Assembly (NCBI GenBank): GCA_030390025.1
Contig: CM059431.1
Coordinates: 119,538,001-119,602,000 of the forward strand
Source: Squalus acanthias
Taxonomy: Eukaryota
Length of the DNA: 64,000 bases
Direction: 5' to 3'
The position numbers and the translations under genes were made by a program. Of the stretch, positions 8,730 through 17,928 are shown piece by piece. Below the pieces are notes generated by a model. The model ran no database searches, was not told the origin of the DNA, and saw only the letters and a list, made by a program, of their open reading frames with translations. Position 1 is the stretch's first letter. Every line of letters starts with the position of its first letter.

Positions 8730-11700
8730 CTAGAACCAGCACAGCCCGTCTACCTGTGTCCGCTCAGCTATGATGCGTGGAGGCGACCTGTGGTGGAGAT
8801 GGAGGTAGAGAAACAAAAGGGCAGTTATCTGTTGGACACGGGAGCTTCTTGCACCATAATCCATACAGATGACCCTTTTGACTCGCCGCTATCTACCAAG
8901 GTCCCATTCACGCTAGCAGGGTTCACAGGGAAAGAACAGGCTGGCACGTTTTCCCTCCCGCTATCCATTCGTTTAGGAACACTTCGCCTTAAGTGGAAGT
9001 GTATACTGATGGCATGGCAAAAGGGGGGTGGAAGAGGTATTCTCGGGTCCGATCTGCTAGCGGGACACGGGATCCTCGTGGACCTCAGAAATCACTGTCT
9101 CTGGGGGGCTAAAGGGGAAAAGGGCGAAGTAATGGTAATTCAAGGGGAGGAAGAAACAGGGGTCCTGTGTACCGTACAGCCATCCGGAGGCTACGACCTC
9201 AGGCTTATGGTCGCAGATGTCCCAACGGACATGCAGACGTACGTGACAGATAATATGCACGCGTTTGCAACCCACAAGCACGATTGTGGGAGGGTGGTCG
9301 GGTTTGAGGTCAGCGTAGATGGGGACCCCATGACCCGACCCCAAAAGCAGTATAACTTCCCCAAAGAAGCAGAACCCGATATGGAGGCAGCAATGTCTTC
9401 CTTGGTGCAGCAGGGCGTGTTGAGGCCGATAGCCACACACGTGAACTCCCCATTATGGCCGGTTAGGAAGCCGGATAATTCGTGGAGAGCCACGGTGGAC
9501 TACAGAGTCCTTAACAGTAACATCCCCGCCTGCGCGCCCACAGTAGCAGCAGTTGCTGACCTAATAGGGAGCATCCCAGCGTCCGCGACCACGTTCACGG
9601 TGCTGGATATCTCGAACGGTTTTTGGTCCATCCCGCTGCGGCGAGAGGACCAGTACAAGTTTGCCTTTACGTTTAAAGGGCAACAGTACACGTGGAACTG
9701 CTTGCCACAAGGTTTCCACAATAGCCCCAGTATTTTTCACCAGTGTATGGCAGGGAGTTTAAAGGAGTTTAGTCAGCCCAATCAGATAGTACAGTATGTG
9801 GATGATTTGCTCCTATTTACGGACTCAAGGGAGGAGCACGGACCACTGCTGGACGAGTTATTGGAGCTGTTAGCGAGAAAGGGTTTTAAAGTAAACCCAA
9901 AGAAAGCACGTATCGGTCAGCAGGAAGTAAAATTCCTGGGACTGACCCTACGCGCTGGGGAAAGAGCCATAGACAAAGCAAGGAGGGAGTCGGTGCAAGA
10001 ATTACCGATTCCCAACAACGTAAGGGGTGTGAGGTCCTTCTTGGGACTGACCGGTTACTGCAGGGATTTTATCGAGGATTATGCGGCCACAGCGGCGCCG
10101 CTCCTCCGACTCCTCCATAAGGGAGTAGAGTGGCTTTGGGACGAGGGCTGCCAAGCAGCCTTCGAGAAGTTAAAAAGGGATCTGCAGACCGCGCCAGCCT
10201 TAGGGGCCATAGATGGGGGGAAGGAGTTTTTCCTGGAGGTAGCTGCCAGCGGAGACAGCTTAAGCGCCGTGCTGCTCCAAGAGCGTCACGGCAAGCTGAG
10301 GCCGGTTGTCTATTCATCCAGGGTATTAACGGATGTGGAGAGAAGTTTTTCCAATTGCGAAAGGCACCTTTTAGCCACGCATTGGGCTGTGAAAAGATCA
10401 GCGATCTTCACAGGGCTCTCTCCCATCACTCTCCTCACACATCACACACCAACTAAGATGCTTCTGGATGGGAGGATTAAAGACGGGACCGTAAGCAGCG
10501 CACGCATTGCGCGTTGGACCCTTCTTCTCTCCCAGTTGGACATCAGAGTAAAAGGTCTTTGCGAGCCCAGGCTTGCGGCCAATTTGGTATACCCCGGTAC
10601 AGCCCACCGGTGTTCGGTGGAGGGGGTGTGGGAAGTCAACATAGGTTTACGGGCCGGGATACATCCCACTGGGCGCGAGATTTATGTTGATGGGTCTAGC
10701 ACAGTATCTGCTGGCGAGCGACTCACAGGGTGTGGAGTTTATGACCCTGCGGCAGACCTTGCCCTGGCGATCAAGCTCCCTAGCACCATGAGCGCGCAGC
10801 AGGCTGAGCTGTCTGCCGTGGTGTACGTGGTAACCCACCCAGACATTTTCCCAACCCCATACACGATTTGCTCGGACAGTATGTTCACCTGCAATTCGTG
10901 TACGGAATACCTGGCCATTTGGTCCCGCCGTGGATACACCTCCGCGGACGGGCGACCTTTAACGGTAAAGCCCTTGCTGGAAAAGATCTTAGCAGCAGCA
11001 GTAGGGGAGGAAGGGGAGATTTTCATCCATAAGGTGAAAGCTCACTCCTCCACAGAGCCCCGTGGGGAGGGCAACCGGCAGGCGGATGCGCTAGCCAGGG
11101 AGGGTGCCCGCGACGGTACTTTCTGGAACCCCTATAGAACCGGACCCATAGCAGCGGTCCGAGGTGGGGACGGGAATACCGGGAACACCAGGGTAGCATT
11201 GCCCCTAGACCTTAAGACCGTCCAAGCCCAGGATCCCGCCCTAAAAGCAGTCCTAAAAACGATTGCTGAGGGGAGGCAGGTAGAAGGTCCGTACAGTACG
11301 GCAACCCTCTCAGTTAAGGAAGGCATGCTGTTCCGCGAGGAGCAGTGGGTTGTGCCGCAGCAGCACAGGAGGGAATTCCTCCAGTTGGCTCACGAGGGAC
11401 CAGGGGCAGGGCACCCCGGGCCCGAGGTTACCTGGCAACGGGTAGAGCAAGCGGGATGGTGGCCAGGGCTCAGGGAACAAGTCCGCGAGTTCTGTGCAAA
11501 CTGTCTTGTGTGCGCTGCAAATAACCCAGACCCCCAGAAAAGGAAGGTGCCCATGGGACACGTAAGAAGGGTAGAGGGACCATGGCAGTCGATACAGATC
11601 GACTATATAGGACCCCTGCCCACCACCCAGGGAGGTTATAAGTACTGCCTCGTCCTGGTGGATGTGTTTTCCAAGTGGGTGGAAGCCTTCCCTTGTCGAA

Positions 11701-13232
11701 CAGCTACGGCACTGGGTACAGCAAAAATCTTGGTCCGGGAAGTGTTCTCGCGGTGGGGACTCCCCCGTTTCGTGGAGTCAGACCAAGGGAGTCATTTCAC
11801 CGGCCAGGTGATGCAGAACACCCTCATGCTTTTGGGCATTGAAGGGAAGTGGCACGTAGCACACAATCCCCAGTCATCCGGGATTGTTGAACGTATGAAC
11901 CGGACCCTGAAGGAGAAATTGAGGAAAGAGACTAGGAACTCGCCCCAAAAATGGGCGGAAGTTCTGCCTTTAGTCCTCATGGGGGTCCGGGCCAGTCAGT
12001 CAAAAAGTACGGGGTACTCCCCGCACGAGGTAATGACCGGCAGGCTCATGCGAACCCCCACCCATGTGCTAGCCCCGGTGCTCACTGAGGGTCAGCTTCA
12101 AGAGATCAGCAGGGACAAGTTCGCCCAAACTCTCTTGGAGCGCCTGAAGCAAGTTTATGAGCAGGCGGCTGGGAACATGGGAAGGCAGCACCAGGGCAAT
12201 CGCTTGTTGCTGGAACCCCGCAAAACGCGGGAGTGGGAAGTAGGAGACCAGGTCATGGTCAGAAACTACGCCAGAGTAGGGAGTCTGGAACCACTGTATA
12301 TGGGACCCTACAACATTGTAGACAAGGCAAGTCCCATGGTTTACGCCGTAAAAGTACCTCGGCGCACTAAGTGGTTCCACATAAACCAATGTAAACTGTA
12401 CCAGCCGGGTGCGCAAGGGAAAACTACAGGGGTAAATCCCGCCAACGGGAAAACACAGCCCCAGGTAGGACCACAAGGCACACAGGCAGGCGTAGCAGCT
12501 TGCATCAGGGGAAGGGACATCCCGGACGATCATGCAGCGTTTTTCTGGAGTTGGGGGTTAGATGACGAGGACCCCAGGGTACCCTGGTCAGATGAGGATA
12601 GTGCAGATGAGCATAGTGATGATGACGGGTGGTTTCACAGGAACGGTCTGGAAGGATTGGGGCCGCTAGGTAGAGATCCATACGGGGTGGACACACAAGC
12701 TGCAGGTCCCGACAGCAGGAGGAAGGAGCTAGAGGAGGCCGGGCCAGCCGCTATGTGGTTCCCAGAGGTGTGGCCGCCCGCTTTAAACGTCCAGTCCTCA
12801 GGGGAGGCAGAGTTCGCGAGTGAAGGGCTGCCTGCTGGGCCGAGCAGGGCGGGGCCCCGAACTGCCAGCCCCGAGGTTAGGGAGGCGGAGTCAGCGGAGG
12901 CGGGGCTGGCGCCTGTGATGGAACCCCAGGTCATCCCGTTGAAGGTCTCGGGACCCGGTCCGTCCGTCACGGAGCCCCCGCCCATAGCAGTTCCCCGTAG
13001 GTCAAGCAGAGCACCCCAGCCCAGGAAGACGTGGTCAGGTCCACAGGCTGCCCCAGGGCGTAAGTTTCAGGTTAAGATAACCCGGGTAGAGACAGGCCAC
13101 ATCGAAGCAGTAACAGGCTGCGGCAGATCAGAGGAAAGGGTCAGCGCAGCAACAGGCTGCGGCAGATCAGAAGGAAGGGTCAGTGCCCTCCCACCGTCGG
13201 GAAGAGCTCGCAGCAGCCTTCTCAGGATTTAA
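8730..13232 (+). CDS. pol: Pol polyprotein PR-RT-tether-RNase H-IN plus C-terminal extension, in frame with gag behind one TGA
   Basis: RPVV..YLLDTGAS (protease); LDISNGF, LPQGF, YVDD (RT); FFLEVAAS (degenerate RH); IYVDGS..AELSAV..SDS..KAH..ADALA (RNase H); HHCC zinc motif, DYIG..SDQG..VERMN (DDE integrase); GPY motif. Confidence 0.96.
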   Translation, partial: LEPAQPVYLCPLSYDAWRRPVVEMEVEKQKGSYLLDTGASCTIIHTDDPFDSPLSTKVPFTLAGFTGKEQAGTFSLPLSIRLGTLRLKWKCILMAWQKGGGRGILGSDLLAGHGILVDLRNHCLWGAKGEKGEVMVIQGEEETGVLCTVQPSGGYDLRLMVADVPTDMQTYVTDNMHAFATHKHDCGRVVGFEVSVDGDPMTRPQKQYNFPKEAEPDMEAAMSSLVQQGVLRPIATHVNSPLWPVRKPDNSWRATVDYRVLNSNIPACAPTVAAVADLIGSIPASATTFTVLDISNGFWSIPLRREDQYKFAFTFKGQQYTWNCLPQGFHNSPSIFHQCMAGSLKEFSQPNQIVQYVDDLLLFTDSREEHGPLLDELLELLARKGFKVNPKKARIGQQEVKFLGLTLRAGERAIDKARRESVQELPIPNNVRGVRSFLGLTGYCRDFIEDYAATAAPLLRLLHKGVEWLWDEGCQAAFEKLKRDLQTAPALGAIDGGKEFFLEVAASGDSLSAVLLQERHGKLRPVVYSSRVLTDVERSFSNCERHLLATHWAVKRSAIFTGLSPITLLTHHTPTKMLLDGRIKDGTVSSARIARWTLLLSQLDIRVKGLCEPRLAANLVYPGTAHRCSVEGVWEVNIGLRAGIHPTGREIYVDGSSTVSAGERLTGCGVYDPAADLALAIKLPSTMSAQQAELSAVVYVVTHPDIFPTPYTICSDSMFTCNSCTEYLAIWSRRGYTSADGRPLTVKPLLEKILAAAVGEEGEIFIHKVKAHSSTEPRGEGNRQADALAREGARDGTFWNPYRTGPIAAVRGGDGNTGNTRVALPLDLKTVQAQDPALKAVLKTIAEGRQVEGPYSTATLSVKEGMLFREEQWVVPQQHRREFLQLAHEGPGAGHPGPEVTWQRVEQAGWWPGLREQVREFCANCLVCAANNPDPQKRKVPMGHVRRVEGPWQSIQIDYIGPLPTTQGGYKYCLVLVDVFSKWVEAFPCRTATALGTAKILVREVFSRWGLPRFVESDQGSHFTGQVMQNTLMLLGIEGKWHVAHNPQSSGIVERMNRTLKEKLRKETRNSPQKWAEVLPLVLMGVRASQSKSTGYSPHEVMTGRLMRTPTHVLAPVLTEGQLQEISRDKFAQTLLERLKQVYEQAAGNMGRQHQGNRLLLEPRKTREWEVGDQVMVRNYARVGSLEPLYMGPYNIVDKASPMVYAVKVPRRTKWFHINQCKLYQPGAQGKTTGVNPANGKTQPQVGPQGTQAGVAACIRGRDIPDDHAAFFWSWGLDDEDPRVPWSDEDSADEHSDDDGWFHRNGLEGLGPLGRDPYGVDTQAAGPDSRRKELEEAGPAAMWFPEVWPPALNVQSSGEAEFASEGLPAGPSRAGPRTASPEVREAESAEAGLAPVMEPQVIPLKVSGPGPSVTEPPPIAVPRRSSRAPQPRKTWSGPQAAPGRKFQVKITRVETGHIEAVTGCGRSEERVSAATGCGRSEGRVSALPPSGRARSSLLRI

Positions 13233-13514
13233 AGGGGCCGCCCTGAGAACGGGCGGCATTGTAAAGTTATTAGTTTAAGGTTTTAAGTTTAGTTTAAAGT
13301 TTTAAGTAGTTTTAATAAGTTTAAGTTTGTAGTGGTTTTAACAGATAACGACAAATGATGGGAGTTTTAAGGCCAGGTTTAGAGGAAGTCTGTTCAGCAA
13401 AAGTTGAAGTTTACGTGAGGCGAGGTCAGGGGACCCGCTCACCCTTCACAAAAGCCAGAGACTTTTTGCGAGGCTGGCTACCTCATTCTATCTGATCACA
13501 GGAACCAAGGAAGG

Positions 13515-15866
13515 ATGGAACGACTCATAGTATTGCTCGTGGCAATCGGATGTGGATTGGCCTATCGGGGCCTCACCAAGGATGTCGTGGTGTTTGGATG
13601 TTCCGGGGACACGGCCCCCATCGCGGTGGATGGGACCGGGAGACGGAAGGCAGAAGGGACCAGCACCTATTTCCACAAGGGAAGGTGGCCAGGATGGCTG
13701 GGAACGAACTCAACGGAGTATTCCAGCACATCGGGGTTCGCCTACAAAGAGACTTCTTTAATGTGCCCCAAAGTACGGATCATCGCACCCAGGATCAGCG
13801 TCACCGTCGGCAAACGGATTTGTTTGACTTGCAGTGGGAATGTCCCATTGAGCCGATGGTGGTGGCTGCGAAAGCTGAGCAAAACTATGAGGAACTCTTC
13901 GGTTGAGTGGGAGCGACTGGGTAATAATACCCATCGGACAATTACGGGGACTGATGGACAAGTGAAAGTCTGTTGGGACAAATGGTGGGAACCAGATGAG
14001 GGGATTTATGTTTGTATGTGGGGGTCAAAGTACGTTTGCCCCAAAGGCATCTCCATATTCTTTATTAACCAGTGGCAGGATAACGGACAGGGGATGAGGT
14101 GGGATGCGAGCACCAGGGGGTGCGGAGCCCCATTCTCCCCGATCCCAGTAAATGCCACTGAGCTCATTACGCGCCCACGCAAAGCCCCGCCCACGATTCC
14201 GGTGGTTCTAGCTGAGGAAGAAGGGTGCCCTAAAACTAGTAAGGGACCCGGGAACGGTTTGGTACTGGTCCCCACAGACCAGATACTATTTCAGGGAGTG
14301 CATTACGCGGTGGCCTCGGTGATTTTAAATCTCACTGAGGTACGGTTACCAGAGTGGTGCCCCAAAAAGACGGAACAGTTGTACCAGGTCCTGTTGACCA
14401 AGATGTTCAGGCAGTTTTACGAGTTCGATTTCGCGGAAATTGATAAGACAAGTTTATACACCGCACCGCAGGAAGTTTTGGATCAAGTTGGGAGGCAAAG
14501 AAGGGGTTTGGTGAACGATGCGTTCACTGCTTTTAACACAGGGACATCTGTGGTCAACGCTCTAGACAGTGTGGAGCTGCAGACCCAGATTAATGGTTTA
14601 AAAACACAGTTAAAGGATATTCTCACAGATGAGAATAAAGTGGTAGGGTCGGGTCTGCACGAGGACCAAGCCATGACACTACACTTAAAAGAGATTATAG
14701 CAGAGCTGGAGAAACATGCGCGTACGGTAAATGCCCTGATTAGGGAAGATCGGAATGCATCCGATCAAGCTGCGCAGAACGAGGTGTGCGTGCTTTACGG
14801 GGCGTGGTTACTGGGCGAGGGCCGCAGTAATTTGGAGGATTTAAAACAAGGTTTGGTCCCGTCCTGGATAAGTAACAAACACCTGCGGGCGCTCCACCCT
14901 TTTCAGAATGCATTAAGTCCGTGCCAGCTCAGGCTAGCTTCAGAAGCTTACCCAGTCCCCGTGGACTGCGGACGTTCAAACCATACTATTATGGGAATAG
15001 TATTACGCATGCCGGTTTTGGGCAACACAGCAAAGCCCGCCCCGGTGTATCGGGTAGAGAACATTGGTGTCATTCAGGGGGGAGCCCACATTCGTTATGC
15101 AGCGGTTCCACCTTACGTCATCCGCTGGGAGCAAACGATGACAGGTACAGATCTCTCTGGTTGTCGTGGCAGGGGAGCACACATAATACTGTGCCCCCAG
15201 CACTTGAATGCCTTTTTAACACCACAGTGCGGGTTCAGAACGGCTGGCGCCAAGTCCATGAATTGCACCATGGAGGCAATGGCACAAGATCATGTGCCTC
15301 CGCAGGTAGCATACATCGGGGGTGGAACATATTGTGTTACCACTGCAGCGCAACACTACCAGCATGGAAACCGTAGCCGGTGTCCGGTGAGTGACAGCAG
15401 TTTCTGTTTTAAACCCAGGGCTGAAGTTCAAGTAGCACAACAGCGAATTATCCCAATCCCTGAACCATCCACTGTTCACCTCACAGTAAAAGAGAATTTT
15501 ACCGACTTGCAGCGATTTGTCGCACATTTTGGGTACCTCATTCCCCCTCTCCCCGAGCATTTAACCAAACTTCTAAAAGCCGTCGCGGTGTCACAAAAGC
15601 ATTTCTATACATTAGAACAGAAAACCGTCGAGATAGGTACAGACATTTTGGACATAGTGGTTCCACCGTGGTGGAATCTGTTCACGAATATTGAAGTGCC
15701 CTCATGGGTCAGAATAGCCTCCCACATTTTAGTCGTCTGTCAAGTGTTTATTGTAGTATACCTTTTGTTCATACATTGTAAAAGAGACAAGCGCCTCACC
15801 AAGCATGAGAACACGGGAGAGTGGCGAGAACGTTACGTGCGCGTGCACGATGAGAGCGCAGTGTAA
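13515..15866 (+). CDS. env: Envelope glycoprotein (783 aa): signal peptide, Ig-like domain, F-like class I fusogen, TM anchor
   Basis: Signal MERLIVLLVAIGCGLA; furin site RQRR (14493-14504), then fusion-peptide-like GLVNDAFTAFNTG and a heptad repeat; Cys-rich region; TM ILVVCQVFIVVYLLFI; several N-x-S/T sequons. Confidence 0.9.
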   Translation: MERLIVLLVAIGCGLAYRGLTKDVVVFGCSGDTAPIAVDGTGRRKAEGTSTYFHKGRWPGWLGTNSTEYSSTSGFAYKETSLMCPKVRIIAPRISVTVGKRICLTCSGNVPLSRWWWLRKLSKTMRNSSVEWERLGNNTHRTITGTDGQVKVCWDKWWEPDEGIYVCMWGSKYVCPKGISIFFINQWQDNGQGMRWDASTRGCGAPFSPIPVNATELITRPRKAPPTIPVVLAEEEGCPKTSKGPGNGLVLVPTDQILFQGVHYAVASVILNLTEVRLPEWCPKKTEQLYQVLLTKMFRQFYEFDFAEIDKTSLYTAPQEVLDQVGRQRRGLVNDAFTAFNTGTSVVNALDSVELQTQINGLKTQLKDILTDENKVVGSGLHEDQAMTLHLKEIIAELEKHARTVNALIREDRNASDQAAQNEVCVLYGAWLLGEGRSNLEDLKQGLVPSWISNKHLRALHPFQNALSPCQLRLASEAYPVPVDCGRSNHTIMGIVLRMPVLGNTAKPAPVYRVENIGVIQGGAHIRYAAVPPYVIRWEQTMTGTDLSGCRGRGAHIILCPQHLNAFLTPQCGFRTAGAKSMNCTMEAMAQDHVPPQVAYIGGGTYCVTTAAQHYQHGNRSRCPVSDSSFCFKPRAEVQVAQQRIIPIPEPSTVHLTVKENFTDLQRFVAHFGYLIPPLPEHLTKLLKAVAVSQKHFYTLEQKTVEIGTDILDIVVPPWWNLFTNIEVPSWVRIASHILVVCQVFIVVYLLFIHCKRDKRLTKHENTGEWRERYVRVHDESAV

Positions 15867-16282
15867 TGGGAAGATGGCGTCACTCCCGCTCGCCACGTGC
15901 GCCGCGGAAGTTTGTACTCAGTGTAAATACGTTGGAAACTCGACATGTTTAAGAGTTGGGATTTGTTTATTTTGGTGATGGTGTTGATTGTTTGGTTTTT
16001 TTTGGGTTTTGTTTTTCCTTTCCCTGAATAAAAGATAAATATACAGGTGATGCGTGAGGTATCGGCCTGGTTACGCCGGGAAGGAAGACAAGTGGTGTAA
16101 GTTTAAGGGCAAATGATGCCTATGGTGATATAAAATGTGATTTTCTTGGGAAATAAGGACGACACAGAGACCCTAGTTAAGTTAAAATTTATGGGATTAA
16201 TTTACTGGATTCGGAGTGAAATCGAGATAAGATTGCTCACCACTGAGTTTTTGATACGATAAGCGGAGTTATTCGCATCAAC

Positions 16283-16290
16283 AGGAGGGA
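16283..16290 (+). promoter_or_regulatory. Polypurine tract (short)
   Basis: AGGAGGGA, 1 nt before the TG of the 3' LTR. Confidence 0.7.
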
Positions 16291-16291
16291 C

Positions 16292-17928
16292 TGTAGAATT
16301 CGCAATTATCGCGATTTCATTTTATTAAGGAGAAAACACAAGTTTCATTCAAAACAGCTTTTATTTCAGCGGAATGCTGTCAGGTTTAAATTGGACACAA
16401 GCAGCCTGTAAAATGGCCGCCGCACCGCGTGACAGAACATTCGAGACTTTTCGGCAGGCAGACAAGATGGCGTTCCAATAAACATTTTTGCAGGATCGAT
16501 AACGATTCAGCACAGTGAAGACAATACACAGGACATTATGGGTTTACAGTATAAACATCGATACTGGAATCGGTCTCCCAGGTACAAAGGAAAGCCATCA
16601 AGGGCCCATCCAAAGGACATTAATATGTAAACTCCCAACGGCTCTACGATGAGAGAGCCGTTAGCAGGTAGTTATACAGGACACTTGGAAGCCCCAAACC
16701 CCTCCAGGGGGAACACCGACCGATTTAACAATGGGAGAAGTATTAGCAGGTACTCAAACATTCAGGAGTAGCCCCGAAACCCATTAAAGACAGAGATCAC
16801 CCATACAGGACTTTTTGGGCGCCAAACCTTAAACAAAAGAATGGACATTATAGTTGGGCGGGAAACGGAAGAACTGTGCACTATAATTGCAGGCCCAAAC
16901 CGTCCATTCTGTCTCTTGACTCTTGATTCTTGCTCCTGCCTCGTGTTCGTGACTCTTGCCGCTTGCTGCTGTTATCATCGTGGCTGCTCCTGTGTTTTAT
17001 CCGGTCGATTCGTAACCTCGTGGCTGCTCCTGGGTAAAAGACTGTTGCAAAGACCTATGTTGGTAGCTGGCAGCGGAACCGAAGGCCCGGGATGAGATGA
17101 GATGAGATGAGATAAGAGGAGAAGAGAAGAAGACCTTATCCATCGCCACGGTCAGTAAATCCCGACCGCGCCTGTAGGTCGATCAGCCAAGTCTTCTTGA
17201 CAGGAAGTTCTCTTCTTTAACAAAACATATTGCATCGATGATAACTGGACTGTGCAAACACATCGTATCAGCGATATTGACAACGGTGCTCCACCATACC
17301 CTGTATCCAACCAACAGAGGTCTTCACTACAGCGGACGGTCCAGCCGACTGACCGAGCAGCAGAAGCAGTAAACAAGTGGGACCAGGAGATCTCCTGACC
17401 AACACGTGGGTGCTGCGGTGAAAAACATCCGATCAGCTATTCGGGATTTTCTCCGAGTTATTACGAGTGGTGAGCATGAGTCTCGGGATCCTACGAAGCT
17501 AGTTTTAGGATAGTTATTGATAGGGGAGGGTTGAAAGTTTAAGGATATTTGTAATGTGTGCCCTATTTACGTTGTGCTGGTCGTTCCTCGTTTCCCTAAG
17601 AGTGATTATAACTGTTTGTAAGATTGTACTGTCATTCATCTGTGCATATGACATGTATTTCATAATTTTAAGTATCATGCAATAAAGATTTTCCATTTCG
17701 TACCGTTCAAACCAAGTCTACATGAGTTTTATCTCCATTACTGCTCTCGCATCTAAGTCCAGTGTCTAGAACCGTAAGGGAGAGTGATTCGAACCACTCA
17801 CAGGGGTGTCTAGTGTTCCCAGACTGGCTGGAGACCAGGCCTAGACCCGCACTGACATACAGGCTGCACAGAGCCGCGTGAACCTCACAGGTTACGAGAC
17901 ACGCAGGGTCAGGAGAGTATCCCTTACA
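16292..17928 (+). repeat. 3' LTR
   Basis: Same length as the 5' LTR and no differences in the segments compared by eye; followed by the GGGA TSD. Confidence 0.97.
17681..17686 (+). terminator. Polyadenylation signal in the LTR (5' copy at 6666-6671)
   Basis: AATAAAGATT is conserved in all LTR families of this group in the window. Confidence 0.65.

Larger units (their letters stand above)
5277..17928 (+). mobile_element. Full-length env-bearing LTR retroelement / endogenous retrovirus-like provirus (lokiretrovirus-like)
   Basis: TG...CA LTRs of 1637 bp each, 4-bp TSD GGGA (5273-5276 and 17929-17932), PBS, PPT, and open gag, pol and env frames. Confidence 0.95.

Noticed and set aside
8790..8792. 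Independent pol start codon
   Set aside because: It is a GTG inside the protease N-terminus; the frame is open back to the gag stop.
13228..13257. TTTAAAG plus hairpin as a -1 frameshift signal linking pol to env
   Set aside because: The heptamer is out of phase with pol codons, and env has its own AUG and signal peptide 280 nt downstream.
9057..15560. Antisense and alternate-frame ORFs over pol and env (up to 154 aa)
   Set aside because: Expected shadow ORFs of GC-rich coding sequence; no motifs.
16027..16032. AATAAA upstream of the 3' LTR as the main polyA signal
   Set aside because: Using it would remove R; the LTR signal is the one conserved across families.
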